DNA from: an uncultured Bacteroidales bacterium | GTDB lineage: Bacteria > Bacteroidota > Bacteroidia > Bacteroidales > UBA932 | Length of the DNA stretch: 64,000 nt | Reading direction: 5' to 3' | Assembly: GCA_949295645.1 (NCBI GenBank) | Contig: CASFLY010000159.1 | Span: forward strand, 494-64,493 | In this document: piece by piece, positions 18,804 through 29,766 of the stretch | How the letters are laid out: each line of letters starts with the position of its first letter | Position numbering within the stretch: position 1 is the first letter of the stretch | The notes under the pieces: model-generated | Told to the model about the DNA's origin: nothing | Database searches by the model: none | What the model saw: only the letters and a program-made list of their open reading frames with translations | Translations under genes and position numbers: made by a program

Positions 18804-20192
18804 ATGAATACAAGATATTTTTTGACATCTGCATTCTCTACGGCAGTGGCAGGAATGTCCTTGTCAGTGCCGGTATCGGCTTCCGTTCCGGCAGATGCAG
18901 AAAAGGATTCAGGAAAATCGCGGCCTAACTTTATCATAATAATGGCGGACGACCTCGGCTACGGGGACATCGGATGTTTCGGCAGCACTTCGGTATCTAC
19001 TCCGAACCTCGACCGGATGGCGGAGGAAGGAATGATGCTTACGGATTACCACTCCAACGGGCCGGTGAGTACCCCGACGCGCTGTGCCCTGCTGACCGGC
19101 AGATACCAGCAGAGGGCAGGCCTTGAGGGGGTTCTGCTGACCAATGTGGAAAAGCTCCGCAAGGCAGGGCTCCGTCAGGAAGAGACCACATTTGCAGACG
19201 TGCTGTCCGACCACGGCTACGATGTCGTGATGTTCGGGAAATGGCACTTGGGCTATCTGCCTCAGTACGGCCCGCTGCAGCACGGGTTCAGCCGTTTCGA
19301 GGGCTTCCTTGCCGGGAATGTGGACTACAGGTCATTCGTGGATTCGCAGGGCCGTCCGGACTGGTACGGGGGAACGGAGCAGGTGACCCCTGAGGGATAT
19401 CTGACGGATCTGATAAATTCCAAAGGCATCTCGTACATAAAGGAAGACCACGACAGGCCGTTCTGCCTCTATCTTGCCCACGGCTGCCCGCACAGCCCGT
19501 ACCAGGGCCCGGATGACCCTCCGTACAGGAAAGCCGGCTCTTCCGGATTCCATCCGCAGCCGGCGAAAAACGAAGCCGAAACATACGCCGACATGATCGG
19601 AAGGATGGACGAAGGCATAGGAAAAATCTTCGGGGCCATAGACGAAGCCGGGATGGCAGACAATACTTTCGTCATCTTCGTGTCCGACAACGGCCCTACA
19701 GGCCCGGGCTCTTCAGGAGGGTTGAGAGGACGCAAGGGCGGACTTTTCGAAGGCGGTCACAGGGTTCCGGCCATAGCCTGGATGCCTGGAACGATAACCC
19801 CCGGGTCGGTTTCGGACGAGACTGTGATGTCGATGGACATATTCCCGACCATGCTCGATTTGGCGGGAATCCGCTATGAGAATGACGGCAAGCCGCTGGA
19901 CGGAGAGAGTTTCGTCCCGGTTCTGAAAGGAGCCGGGATGGCGGAAAGGCCTCTCTTCTGGAAATACCGCACGCAGAAGGCCGTCAGGGTCGGCGACCTG
20001 AAATATGTCGAGAAAATAGAGGGCAGAGGCGATGACCGGAAACGGGTGAATTTCCTGTTCGACCTCGGGAATGACCCGCAGGAGAAAACAAACCTGATCG
20101 AGGAGCGCGGAAAGGACGCGGCGAAGATGAAAAGACTCCTCGACAACTGGACGGATGAAGTCCTGTCCGGGACGAAAGACCAGACAAGATAA
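18804..20192 (+). CDS. S1 sulfatase (Ser-type, distinct subfamily)
   Basis: RPNFIIIMADDLGYGD, PVSTPTRCALLTGRY, GKWHLG and FEGGHRVP motifs. Confidence 0.92.
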   Translation: MNTRYFLTSAFSTAVAGMSLSVPVSASVPADAEKDSGKSRPNFIIIMADDLGYGDIGCFGSTSVSTPNLDRMAEEGMMLTDYHSNGPVSTPTRCALLTGRYQQRAGLEGVLLTNVEKLRKAGLRQEETTFADVLSDHGYDVVMFGKWHLGYLPQYGPLQHGFSRFEGFLAGNVDYRSFVDSQGRPDWYGGTEQVTPEGYLTDLINSKGISYIKEDHDRPFCLYLAHGCPHSPYQGPDDPPYRKAGSSGFHPQPAKNEAETYADMIGRMDEGIGKIFGAIDEAGMADNTFVIFVSDNGPTGPGSSGGLRGRKGGLFEGGHRVPAIAWMPGTITPGSVSDETVMSMDIFPTMLDLAGIRYENDGKPLDGESFVPVLKGAGMAERPLFWKYRTQKAVRVGDLKYVEKIEGRGDDRKRVNFLFDLGNDPQEKTNLIEERGKDAAKMKRLLDNWTDEVLSGTKDQTR

Positions 20193-20225
20193 ACACATCT
20201 ACACATAAAACTAAATAAACCGACT

Positions 20226-23200
20226 ATGACTAATGCTTTTATTGAGAAACGGAAAACGGCATCCGTGCTGTTCTTCCTGCTTTTCCTGCCGGTGTGGGCG
20301 TTTTCGCAGAATGCCGGCCTGAATATTACGGGAAAAGTGACCGATACGAAAGGGGAGCCTCTCGTGGGAGTGACGGTGATAGTGCAGAACGAAAACAGGG
20401 GAAGCGTCTCCGACAATGACGGAAGATATTCCATCGCCCGCGATGTGACCCGTACCAATACCACGCTGTCGTTCAGTATGTTGGGATTCAAGACTCTGAC
20501 AGTCGAGGTCCCGGCGGTTCAGGATGTGCTCGACGTGGAAATGGAGGAAGATGTAAACCTTCTGGACGAGGCTGTGGCCATAGGTTACGGAACCCAGACC
20601 AAAAGGACTATGACGGCTGCCGTGACGAGCATCAATGCCGAGGAACTTTCCGGATATACCGGGTCTACCATAGAGCAGGCCATTGCCGGCCTTGTACCCG
20701 GAGTCAGGATCATGACTTCGGATGCCACTCCGGGCGGAGACCTGAACATCGAGGTGCGCGGTGTCGGCTCCGTGACTTCGGGGACGGAACCCCTGTTCAT
20801 CGTGGACGGAATCCCTATGGAAGGAGGGCTCTCGACCTTGAATCCGGATGACGTGGAGAGCATCCAGATTCTGAAAGACGCCGCTTCTACGGCAGTCTAC
20901 GGCTCCCGCGGCGCAAACGGCGTCTTCCTTATCACCACCAAAAGGGGAGACAAGGGAAAGACTACGGTGACGGTGAACGCCGCCGTGACTCTTGCCAAGG
21001 CCCAGCGCAAGTTCGGAGTCCTCAATTCGGCGGATCTCATCGACTATCTCAACGATTATGGTACCAATATCAGGTACAGGTACGTCACGAACAACACCCA
21101 GGACTATTTCCCGTTCGACGAGAACCTCGATACGGACTGGCAGGATGCCATCTTCCAGTTAGCCGTGCAGCAGAAGTACAACATTTCCGTCTCGGGAGGT
21201 TCCGACAAGGTGAAATACAGGGTGTCCGGAGAAATCTTCGACCAGCCGGGAACGGTGATCTATACGGGAATGCAGAGATATGCCTTCAGGAGCAACCTCG
21301 ATTTCAAACTCGCAAAGTGGGCGGAGATGGGGCTCAACTTCTCCACGACCTATACCAAGACCCGCAAGACGCGCGAAGGCGGCAACGGCTCCAACGGTGT
21401 CATCAGAACGGCCATCGAGATGCCTCCGTTTTTCCCGGTATACCTTCCTGACGGAAGTTTCTTCTCGATGACCGAGTACTCCATGTCCATCCCCGAAGCG
21501 AACTGGCTCGAAGGCCCCGATCCCATCACGGGACTGTATTCCGGCATTACCAATTCTCCGCTGAACACGACTTTCGACAACCCTGTAAAAATCGCACGCG
21601 ACTATAAGGACATCACCGATGTTTTCAGGACTACCGGGGCCCTCAATTTTACCTTTCATATAGCCGAAGGCCTGACATTCAAACCCTCTTTCTCCATCGA
21701 TGCCATCAGCAGGAACAACAGCGTGTGGTACCCGGCATCCATCGGAAAGAACAGGACAGACTCCTCGGCATCGGCTACGGCTCGCCGTCAGGTAATGTGG
21801 ATGAATGAAAACATCCTCCTTTATGAAAGGAGTTTCGGCCTTCACAACCTCTCTCTTATGGGCGGAGTGACATTCCAGAGCACCAATTCCAAAGAACTCG
21901 ACGTGACGGCATACAAGTTCGATTCCGAGGCACTCGGCTCCATAAACGGCGGTACTGTCAACGGCGGAGGGTACGACATAGTGACGGACAGGCTTAATTC
22001 CTATATGGCCAGAGTCAGCTACAACTACAATCAGAAATACATGCTCCAGGCCGTGTTCAGGGCTGACGGCTCTTCCCGTTTCGGCGAGAACAACCGCTTC
22101 GGCTACTTCCCTTCCGTATCGGCGGGATGGGCTATTTCGGAAGAACCGTGGATGCAGAAACTCAGCGCCGTCAGCGAACTGAAGCTCAGGGCCAGCTGGG
22201 GACTTTCCGGAAACAACGCGATCGGACAGTACAACTACCTGAACAAGATGGGCAAGAACAGCTATGTCATCAACGGTGACGTGGTCTCGGGCTGGTCCAG
22301 CTCTAACATCGCGAATCCGGACCTGAAGTGGGAAACATCGAACCAGATCAATGTAGGTCTCGACCTCGGTTTTGCCAGGAACAGGGTCTTTATGCAGCTG
22401 GATCTGTACCGTTCCGTGACCGAGGACATGCTTCTCAACACGCAGGTGCCCGGGACTCTCGGAGTTTCCAACATGCTGCAGAACGTGGGCTCCGTCCTGA
22501 ACAGGGGAATAGAGTTCAACATCACTTCCCGCAACATCGTCGGCCGCTTCAACTGGACCACCACCTTCAATATTTCCGCCAACAGGAACAAGGTTCTCGG
22601 TCTCGGTATCGATGCCGAAGCCATTTATGCAGGAGAAGAAGAGTCGAACATCACACTGGTCGGCTATCCGATGGGAATGTTCTACGGCCGGGTCTTCGGA
22701 GGAATCTACCAGAGCCTTGAAGAAATCGAGGCCCTGCGCAACGACCCTTATTCCGGACTGGCCTTCGACGAGAATGTCCGCCCGGGCGACCTCAAATGGT
22801 ACGATCTGAACGGAGACGGCACCTACGACGATGACGACAGGACCATCATCGGAAACCCGTATCCGAAATTCAATGCAGGAATGGTGAACACCTTCTCCTA
22901 CAGGAATTTCACCCTGAGCATCCAGCTTGTGGCACAGTACGGGAACCGGATTTACAACACGGCCCTTATGCAGCTTCTCGAAGGTTCGGACTCGAATGTC
23001 TCCATCCTGGCGAAAGACAGGTGGTATTCCGAGGAAAATCCCGGCAACGGTCTGGTGGGCAGGCTCAGAAGATACAACGACGTGAAGCCGACAGCCGAAG
23101 TGAACAAATTCACCAACAGGCTCCTCGAAGACGGCTCTTACCTGAACATCAAAAACATCCAGCTGTCCTACAACTTCGGAAAGAAGGTCCTTCGCAAGAT

Positions 23201-23375
23201 AAGGCTCCAGGGCCTGAACATAAACTTCAACATCGACAACCTGTACACTTTTACCGAATATACGGGATTGAATCCTGAAGCCAACACCTTCAGAACGGCT
23301 ACGGCTCCGGGTGTCGACAGGGTAGGATATCCGGTTTCGAGAAACTTTACCCTCGGAGTGAAAGTCTCATTCTAA
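20226..23375 (+). CDS. SusC/RagA TonB-dependent outer membrane transporter
   Basis: CarboxypepD-like N-terminal domain, LDEAVAIGYG, LKDAASTAVYGSRGANGV plug, LKWETS, and terminal Phe. Confidence 0.96.
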   Translation: MTNAFIEKRKTASVLFFLLFLPVWAFSQNAGLNITGKVTDTKGEPLVGVTVIVQNENRGSVSDNDGRYSIARDVTRTNTTLSFSMLGFKTLTVEVPAVQDVLDVEMEEDVNLLDEAVAIGYGTQTKRTMTAAVTSINAEELSGYTGSTIEQAIAGLVPGVRIMTSDATPGGDLNIEVRGVGSVTSGTEPLFIVDGIPMEGGLSTLNPDDVESIQILKDAASTAVYGSRGANGVFLITTKRGDKGKTTVTVNAAVTLAKAQRKFGVLNSADLIDYLNDYGTNIRYRYVTNNTQDYFPFDENLDTDWQDAIFQLAVQQKYNISVSGGSDKVKYRVSGEIFDQPGTVIYTGMQRYAFRSNLDFKLAKWAEMGLNFSTTYTKTRKTREGGNGSNGVIRTAIEMPPFFPVYLPDGSFFSMTEYSMSIPEANWLEGPDPITGLYSGITNSPLNTTFDNPVKIARDYKDITDVFRTTGALNFTFHIAEGLTFKPSFSIDAISRNNSVWYPASIGKNRTDSSASATARRQVMWMNENILLYERSFGLHNLSLMGGVTFQSTNSKELDVTAYKFDSEALGSINGGTVNGGGYDIVTDRLNSYMARVSYNYNQKYMLQAVFRADGSSRFGENNRFGYFPSVSAGWAISEEPWMQKLSAVSELKLRASWGLSGNNAIGQYNYLNKMGKNSYVINGDVVSGWSSSNIANPDLKWETSNQINVGLDLGFARNRVFMQLDLYRSVTEDMLLNTQVPGTLGVSNMLQNVGSVLNRGIEFNITSRNIVGRFNWTTTFNISANRNKVLGLGIDAEAIYAGEEESNITLVGYPMGMFYGRVFGGIYQSLEEIEALRNDPYSGLAFDENVRPGDLKWYDLNGDGTYDDDDRTIIGNPYPKFNAGMVNTFSYRNFTLSIQLVAQYGNRIYNTALMQLLEGSDSNVSILAKDRWYSEENPGNGLVGRLRRYNDVKPTAEVNKFTNRLLEDGSYLNIKNIQLSYNFGKKVLRKIRLQGLNINFNIDNLYTFTEYTGLNPEANTFRTATAPGVDRVGYPVSRNFTLGVKVSF

Positions 23376-23388
23376 AAACACGAATGCA

Positions 23389-25227
23389 ATGAACAAGAAT
23401 ATAATAGGATATATACTGTCGGCCCTTATGGTTTTTCCTGCGGCATCCTGCTCTTTCCTGGATGTGGAACCGGAAACGCAGATGACCGACAAAGGATTTT
23501 ATGAGTCCCCGAACGACATCCGTTCCGTTCTTTATTCAACCTACGCCTCCCTGAGGGACAACGGACTCTACAATACTTCCATCTGGACAGTGGCCGATGT
23601 CCGGTCGGATGTGGCCTTCCCGAGCACCACCCGCTACTCTGCCAATATGTTCAAGCACGAGACCGAGGAATTCAACATAACGTCCAACAACACAGCCACG
23701 CAGAACCTGTGGAGCCATTCCTACAGGGCCATCAAGAGGGCCAACACCGTCATTATCAAAGGTGGGGAGCTCTTCCCCGATGACGAAGACGTGCAGCTTT
23801 ACATCTGCGAGGCCAAGGTGTTGAGAGCCCTGTTCTATTTCAACCTCGTCCGCGTCTTCGGAGGTGTGCCCGTCGTCCTGGATATCCCGGATGACTACGA
23901 TGATGCTTCCGATGATGTGCGCAAGGACGTCGAGACGGTTTACGAACAGATACTGAAAGACCTGACGGAAGCCGTAAACAGCGGCCTGATGCAGGACAAG
24001 TCGGCCACTCCGACAGGAAGAGTGAATCTTTATGCGGCGGAAGCCCTGCTCGGAAAGGTCTTTCTGAGCATTCCGGATGAAATCACAGCCAGGGCCTATC
24101 CGAATGTACCTGCCTACAGGGATATTTCCGCCTCATCGCGGCTCTTCAAGTATTTCCCGGGTCTGACAGCCACCAAATGGGAGGCCGCGAAATATTATCT
24201 TGACGATGTGGCGGCTAAAGGCGGCTACGACCTGATGCCTGTCTTTTCGGATCTTTTCAAGCCGGCCAACAAGCATAATATCGAATCCATCTGGGAAGTA
24301 GAGTTCAAAAGCGACCAGACGGAAAATATCGGCAGTTCGTTCTATACGCAGTTCTGCCCGCCGAACTACAGGCCGCGCGAGACGGCCAATTCGAACGGCT
24401 ACACCCCTGCCGGAATCCCGAACAACGGCGGCGGAAGCTGTGTCCCGACAGGCTATTTCATCGATTTGGCCAGAAAATGGGACAGCTTCTATCCGGACTG
24501 GACCTATTCCCCGACCTTGTTCGATGGTCAGATCTACACGGACAAGAGGATAAGCGACGGGAGGTGGACGTACGACGGAGGAGGGAATCCCGTTCCGGTG
24601 AACGAAAACAAGGATCACGGCTCGTCGGCCACCTATCCGTACGACCCTTATTCCGGGACGACTTTCCGGCTTACGGTCAAGGGTTTCAATCAGGACGAAA
24701 AATGGTTCTGCGGCAAATACCAGAGCGGGACTCCGTACAAGGCCAATGACTCGGACGACAACTGGTACATAATCAGGTATGCCGACGTCCTGCTGATGCT
24801 GGCGGAGGCGGAAGCCCGCATAAACAACGGCATCCTTAACCAGGACCGGCTTGATGCCACCATAAACCGGGTCAGGAACCGGGCCGGAATCATCCCGTAC
24901 AGGGCTACAGGCAGTTCGGACTGCGGGGCGGTCCTCGATTCTCCGGAGAAAGTCTATGCCGCCATTTTCGAAGAAAGGGAGCTGGAACTGGCATTCGAAG
25001 GCCACAGATGGTTCGACCTTGTCCGCAGCGGAGAGGCCGTGGGCGTGATGAACGAACATTTTACGAAATATTACGAGGCATATACTTCGAATTCAGGTTC
25101 GAGTACCGATCCATATTACATGAAAAACAAAAGGATAGTGGTCGACGAGTACTGCACCCTTTTCCCTCTGCCGTCAAAAGAGCTCCTGCTCAATCCGCGG
25201 CTGACCCAGAATCCGAATGCGAGATAG
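23389..25227 (+). CDS. SusD/RagB nutrient-binding lipoprotein
   Basis: Lipobox AASC, EAKVLRALFYFNLVR, IRYADVLLMLAEA, ERELELAFEGHRWFDL and LTQNP motifs. Confidence 0.95.
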   Translation: MNKNIIGYILSALMVFPAASCSFLDVEPETQMTDKGFYESPNDIRSVLYSTYASLRDNGLYNTSIWTVADVRSDVAFPSTTRYSANMFKHETEEFNITSNNTATQNLWSHSYRAIKRANTVIIKGGELFPDDEDVQLYICEAKVLRALFYFNLVRVFGGVPVVLDIPDDYDDASDDVRKDVETVYEQILKDLTEAVNSGLMQDKSATPTGRVNLYAAEALLGKVFLSIPDEITARAYPNVPAYRDISASSRLFKYFPGLTATKWEAAKYYLDDVAAKGGYDLMPVFSDLFKPANKHNIESIWEVEFKSDQTENIGSSFYTQFCPPNYRPRETANSNGYTPAGIPNNGGGSCVPTGYFIDLARKWDSFYPDWTYSPTLFDGQIYTDKRISDGRWTYDGGGNPVPVNENKDHGSSATYPYDPYSGTTFRLTVKGFNQDEKWFCGKYQSGTPYKANDSDDNWYIIRYADVLLMLAEAEARINNGILNQDRLDATINRVRNRAGIIPYRATGSSDCGAVLDSPEKVYAAIFEERELELAFEGHRWFDLVRSGEAVGVMNEHFTKYYEAYTSNSGSSTDPYYMKNKRIVVDEYCTLFPLPSKELLLNPRLTQNPNAR

Positions 25228-25252
25228 TGCCATTCCATAATAACGAAAGAAT

Positions 25253-26932
25253 ATGAAAAATATAAGAAAACTGATGCTCCTTGCCCTGTCTTCCGCAGCT
25301 TTTGCAGCCTGCGAAGACTGGCCGGGCATGGAGTACACCATCGAGCCTAAAGAACTGATAGTAGACGAGTCCCTGATTTTCGTCGACGGATTCCTGCAGG
25401 AAGGCGTACCGGTGTACCAGGGGACTCCGGGAGACGAGAATGATCCTGCCGACAGGCTTGCCATACCGGTGAGAAACGGTTTCGGCAGGGAACTGACCTT
25501 CGTTTTCGTGGACAATTACGAGCAGCACGGCATCAGGATAAAGTACAACAAGGCCAAAACCGAGAACATCGGCGATCGCCAGTATGTCTGGTTCGATATC
25601 GAAGGAACCCCGAAAAATCCCGAGAACGGAGTGATTCCGGTGTCTTTCGACATCCTCGACGAAAACGGGAATTCGCTTCAGGGGACAATTACGAAAAGTA
25701 TAAACGTCTGGGACGGCAGTATCGCGCGGCCTGACAGGGATATGATCCCTACGGTACAGAAACCGTTCATCTTCCATCATGCAGAGTTCAACTGGGTGAA
25801 CCAGTACCATGAGGATCCTGCCAGCATCGTGTACCTTTATGCCAACCGCCCCGTGCCTAACACGAATTTCAAGCCCGCAGGCTCGGGAGTGTCCTACAAC
25901 ACCTCGGTGAACCTGCATTACAATTCCATCCTCATAGCGAACGGAGCCCTGGTCCCGGAGTACACCGAAGTGATGTCCGGCGGCGCGGTCAATAACGTGC
26001 TTACCCTCTTAGTGCCCGACAAGGAGACCTTGGAGGCCCATCCGGAATGGTTCGAACTGTCCGACGGCTCGACAAGCGACGAATGGGATCCGACGCTGAA
26101 TTACTTTATGCACGGCAAGAATTCCAAGCCGATATCCGTTTCCATGTATGACGAGAACGCCCCTTTGGTGAGCGAAGGAAACAACCGCAGCAGGCCTTTC
26201 TCCTCCCTGACGTGGAATGTGTCCATAAAGGCGAACAATATCCCGTTGGGAACCTTTTTCGGCCAGGCCGGACGTTTCAAGATATACATTAAGTACTTGA
26301 ACAACGATCCTGCAACCGATATCGTCCAATACCTGCCGACGCATCCGGGTACGGGCGAACACGGCTGGGTGCCGATAGAGTTCGAGGTGAAACCGGATCC
26401 GAATCCGCCTTTCCGGACAGACCAGGAACTCGATGCCCCTGACTGGGAACCTGACGCAGAAATGCCGGTCAAAGCCATAAGGGCCGACATCCTTAAGAAT
26501 GAACAGCCTTACGTCTTTGCCGCCGGCGAACCTGTTCCGGGCGCATCCGTGACGATGAGGATATGGTTCGCGTCCCTGAAAGAGGGGACGGAATCCATAG
26601 AGGACAGGACGGCCAATATCAAGCTGCAGCAGACGGACGGCTACACTAACGGATTTGCCGATGCCGAGACTGTGGCCGCTGCAGGAGAGGGTGCCATATT
26701 CGGAGGCGGAAACGCTTCGAAGAGCATCACGTCCGTGGTCCATTCCTTTGCCGACGACGAACTTAATTCGAAGTATTACCTGTCATACGTGGATTACTGG
26801 GTGTATACGAACTCCCTGTTCCCGACCGCGGGAGTGTATGACCTGACCGGCCGTATTCCTGCGAATTCGGGAGACAAGGCTCCGTATATCCCGTATGATC
26901 TCACATTCCCTGTAAGGGTGACTGTAGAATGA
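25253..26932 (+). CDS. Surface lipoprotein, putative surface glycan-binding protein (SusE-like position)
   Basis: Lipobox FAAC followed by ED, located directly after susD. Its C-terminal domain resembles the repeats of 12295-14256. Confidence 0.7.
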   Translation: MKNIRKLMLLALSSAAFAACEDWPGMEYTIEPKELIVDESLIFVDGFLQEGVPVYQGTPGDENDPADRLAIPVRNGFGRELTFVFVDNYEQHGIRIKYNKAKTENIGDRQYVWFDIEGTPKNPENGVIPVSFDILDENGNSLQGTITKSINVWDGSIARPDRDMIPTVQKPFIFHHAEFNWVNQYHEDPASIVYLYANRPVPNTNFKPAGSGVSYNTSVNLHYNSILIANGALVPEYTEVMSGGAVNNVLTLLVPDKETLEAHPEWFELSDGSTSDEWDPTLNYFMHGKNSKPISVSMYDENAPLVSEGNNRSRPFSSLTWNVSIKANNIPLGTFFGQAGRFKIYIKYLNNDPATDIVQYLPTHPGTGEHGWVPIEFEVKPDPNPPFRTDQELDAPDWEPDAEMPVKAIRADILKNEQPYVFAAGEPVPGASVTMRIWFASLKEGTESIEDRTANIKLQQTDGYTNGFADAETVAAAGEGAIFGGGNASKSITSVVHSFADDELNSKYYLSYVDYWVYTNSLFPTAGVYDLTGRIPANSGDKAPYIPYDLTFPVRVTVE

Positions 26933-28101
26933 TGATAACGACTGTTTTAACGGCCTGTGCCGCCATAGCTGCGGCACAGCCTCTTCCCTATAACGGCAGC
27001 ACTGCTTCCGACACCCGTTTCGCAGACCGGGCAGAAGCCACGCTTTCCGCCATTTGCACCTGCTTCGATGCCGGAGAGACGCCGCTGCTGCGGGAAACAT
27101 ATCCTTTCGACGAGGACTTCCGGGCGACTTATCTCGCGTCGGAAAACCAGGCCCGCAGGCGCAACAGCTATTCCTATCTATGGCCGTATTCGGGCGTCCT
27201 GTCGGCTGTGACCGTCCTTGCCGTAAATGACAGCACGTATTGCGGACTGCTGGAAAACAGGGTCCTTCCCGGAGTGGAAGAGTATTTCGACACGCTCCGC
27301 CGGCCGTCGGCCTATTCATCCTATATAGTATCCGAGGCTCCGGCCGACAGGTTCTATGACGACAATATATGGCTCGGAATAGATTTTACCGACCTTTATT
27401 CCGTTTTCGGAAAAAAAGCGTATCTTCAGAAAGCCGAGACGATCTGGAAGTTCATAGAAAGCGGGACGAACACCGAACTCGGGGGAGGGGTCTACTGGTG
27501 CGAGCAGAAAAAGGAATCGAAAAACGCCTGTTCGAATGCACCGGCAGCGGTTTTTGCCCTGAAACTGTATCAGGCTACAGGCGATGCGGCCTATCTTGAG
27601 GCAGGGCAGAATCTGTACAGGTGGACAAGGAGGACTCTCCGGGATGCCGGGGACGGGCTGTATTACGACAACCTGTCGGTGGACGGGAAACTCGACAGGA
27701 GGAAATTCGCCTACAACAGCGGCCAGATGATGCAGGCGGCGGTGCTTCTCTACAGGATTACGGGGAAGAAAAAATACCTTTCCGAGGCCCGGGAGCTGGC
27801 GGCGGCCTGTTCGGCCAGGTTTTTCGAAGCGGGGACGCCCGGAACCGGAGAGCCTGAAAGGGTGCTGAAAGACGGCAACATCTGGTTTTCGGCGGTGATG
27901 CTCCGCGGCTTCCTGGAACTGGCGGAAGTGACGGGAGATGACAGGTACATCCGTGATTTTGAAGAAAGTATGGACTGGTTCTGGGAGAGCAGGCGCGATT
28001 CCGACGGACTTTTCGATTTCGACGGGAAAAACGGGGGCCGGCATCTTCTGGCACAGGCGGCAATGGCCGAAATTTTTGCGCGGTTGGCTTATTATAATTG
28101 A
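26929..28101 (+). CDS. GH76 family glycoside hydrolase (endo-alpha-1,6-mannanase-like)
   Basis: YSYLWP, catalytic RFYDDNIW, GGGVYW, SKNACSNAP and YNSGQM motifs. Confidence 0.9.
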   Translation: MMITTVLTACAAIAAAQPLPYNGSTASDTRFADRAEATLSAICTCFDAGETPLLRETYPFDEDFRATYLASENQARRRNSYSYLWPYSGVLSAVTVLAVNDSTYCGLLENRVLPGVEEYFDTLRRPSAYSSYIVSEAPADRFYDDNIWLGIDFTDLYSVFGKKAYLQKAETIWKFIESGTNTELGGGVYWCEQKKESKNACSNAPAAVFALKLYQATGDAAYLEAGQNLYRWTRRTLRDAGDGLYYDNLSVDGKLDRRKFAYNSGQMMQAAVLLYRITGKKKYLSEARELAAACSARFFEAGTPGTGEPERVLKDGNIWFSAVMLRGFLELAEVTGDDRYIRDFEESMDWFWESRRDSDGLFDFDGKNGGRHLLAQAAMAEIFARLAYYN

Positions 28102-28107
28102 AAAAAT

Positions 28108-29625
28108 ATGCAAGGGACAATCAAATTCAATGCAGCTGTCGCTGCGATCCTGTTGGCCGCCGGCACTGCAGCCGGTGCGGAAAGAACATCGTTGTCGGAA
28201 GAATTTTCCCGGATGGCGGCGGAAATGCCGCAGACCGTTTTCAAGGCCGATGCGACAAAGGTCGACTATTCCGTCACGCGCAGGCCTCCCGTCGGGGAAA
28301 GACTGTTCAGGTCCGAAGCGGTGGAAAGGCGCATAGAGGAGGTGAAGGCTCTGCTGACCGTACCGAAACTGCGCTGGATGTTCGAGAACTGCTTCCCGAA
28401 TACCCTGGACACGACAGTGCGTTACAGGAAGGATGAAGAAGGCCGTAACGATACCGTCGTCTATACAGGAGACATCCACGCCATGTGGCTCCGCGACTCC
28501 GGGGCGCAGGTCTGGCCTTACGTCCGTTTCGCCAATGAAGATCCTGCCCTGGATGCCATGCTCGAAGGGGTGATCCGGCGTCAGTTCAAATGTATGGTCC
28601 TCGACCCGTATGCGAATGCCTTTCTCGACCCGTACGATCCTGCTCCCGATCACAAGTGGATGACAGACGGTACGGATATGAAACCGGAACTGCATGAAAG
28701 GAAATGGGAGATAGACTCCCTTTGTTATCCGATCCGGTTGGCCTACCATTACTGGAAAGTCACCGGCAACACCGCTGTCTTCGATGAGATATGGCTCGAT
28801 GCCATAAAGGCTGTCGTGGCTACGTTCCGGGAGCAGCAGCGCAAGGACGGCACGACCGACTACACTTTTACAAGAGTCACGTCACGCCAGCTGGACACTG
28901 TCTGCAACGACGGCAGGGGGAATCCCGTAAAACCTGTAGGGCTGATCTGCTCGGCGTTCCGCCCGTCGGACGATGCCACCACTTTCCAGTTCCTGGTTCC
29001 GTCTAATTTCTTCGCGGTCACATCTTTGAGGAAGGCTGCGGAAATCCTCGTGACGGTAAACGGCGAAAAGACCCTGGCGGACGAATGTACGGCCCTGGCG
29101 GACGAGGTGGAAAAGGCTTTGATGGAGTATGCCGTGGTGGAGCACCCGAAATACGGGAAGATATACGCATTCGAAGTGGACGGATTCGGCAATGCTTTCC
29201 TGATGGATGACGCCAACGTCCCGAGCCTTCTTGCCCTGCCGTATCTCGGGGATGTGGATGCCTCCGATCCTGTCTACGGGAATACGCGGCGGTTCGTCTG
29301 GAGCGAAGACAATCCCTACTTTTTCAAGGGCAGTGCCGGGGAGGGAATCGGCGGCCCTCACATAGGCTATGATATGATCTGGCCGATGAGCATAATGATG
29401 AAGGCTTTCACTTCGGACGACGACGGGGAAATCCGGCATTGTATGAATATGCTTGTCAATACCGACGCAAATCTCGGCTTCATGCATGAATCCTTCCACA
29501 AGGACGACCCTGCGGTATTTACCCGTGCCTGGTTCGCCTGGCAGAATACCCTGTTCGGAGAACTCGTTCTCAAGCTCATCGATGACGGCCGGCTGGACAT
29601 ATTGAATTCCCTGGAGGTCGAATGA
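28108..29625 (+). CDS. GH125 exo-alpha-1,6-mannosidase
   Basis: FPNTLDTT, TGDIHAMWLRDS, ERKWEIDSL, FRPSDDA, MDDANVPSLL and FTRAWFAW motifs. Confidence 0.93.
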   Translation: MQGTIKFNAAVAAILLAAGTAAGAERTSLSEEFSRMAAEMPQTVFKADATKVDYSVTRRPPVGERLFRSEAVERRIEEVKALLTVPKLRWMFENCFPNTLDTTVRYRKDEEGRNDTVVYTGDIHAMWLRDSGAQVWPYVRFANEDPALDAMLEGVIRRQFKCMVLDPYANAFLDPYDPAPDHKWMTDGTDMKPELHERKWEIDSLCYPIRLAYHYWKVTGNTAVFDEIWLDAIKAVVATFREQQRKDGTTDYTFTRVTSRQLDTVCNDGRGNPVKPVGLICSAFRPSDDATTFQFLVPSNFFAVTSLRKAAEILVTVNGEKTLADECTALADEVEKALMEYAVVEHPKYGKIYAFEVDGFGNAFLMDDANVPSLLALPYLGDVDASDPVYGNTRRFVWSEDNPYFFKGSAGEGIGGPHIGYDMIWPMSIMMKAFTSDDDGEIRHCMNMLVNTDANLGFMHESFHKDDPAVFTRAWFAWQNTLFGELVLKLIDDGRLDILNSLEVE

Positions 29626-29654
29626 CGGCGTAAAGGATGTCTGCTCCGGTAATT

Positions 29655-29713
29655 AACGGCGGTTCGACGAATTTATATTGTCCAAAGGCCAGGAAATTCG
29701 CCGAACCGTCGTT
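29655..29713. terminator. 20-bp imperfect hairpin ending the PUL1 operon
   Basis: AACGGCGGTTCGACGAATTT pairs with AAATTCGCCGAACCGTCGTT. No U-tract follows. Confidence 0.5.
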
Positions 29714-29766
29714 GCGGATTTAAGTCGCGGGATGCGGGGTTTCAGGATTTTTTGTAAATTCGGGGG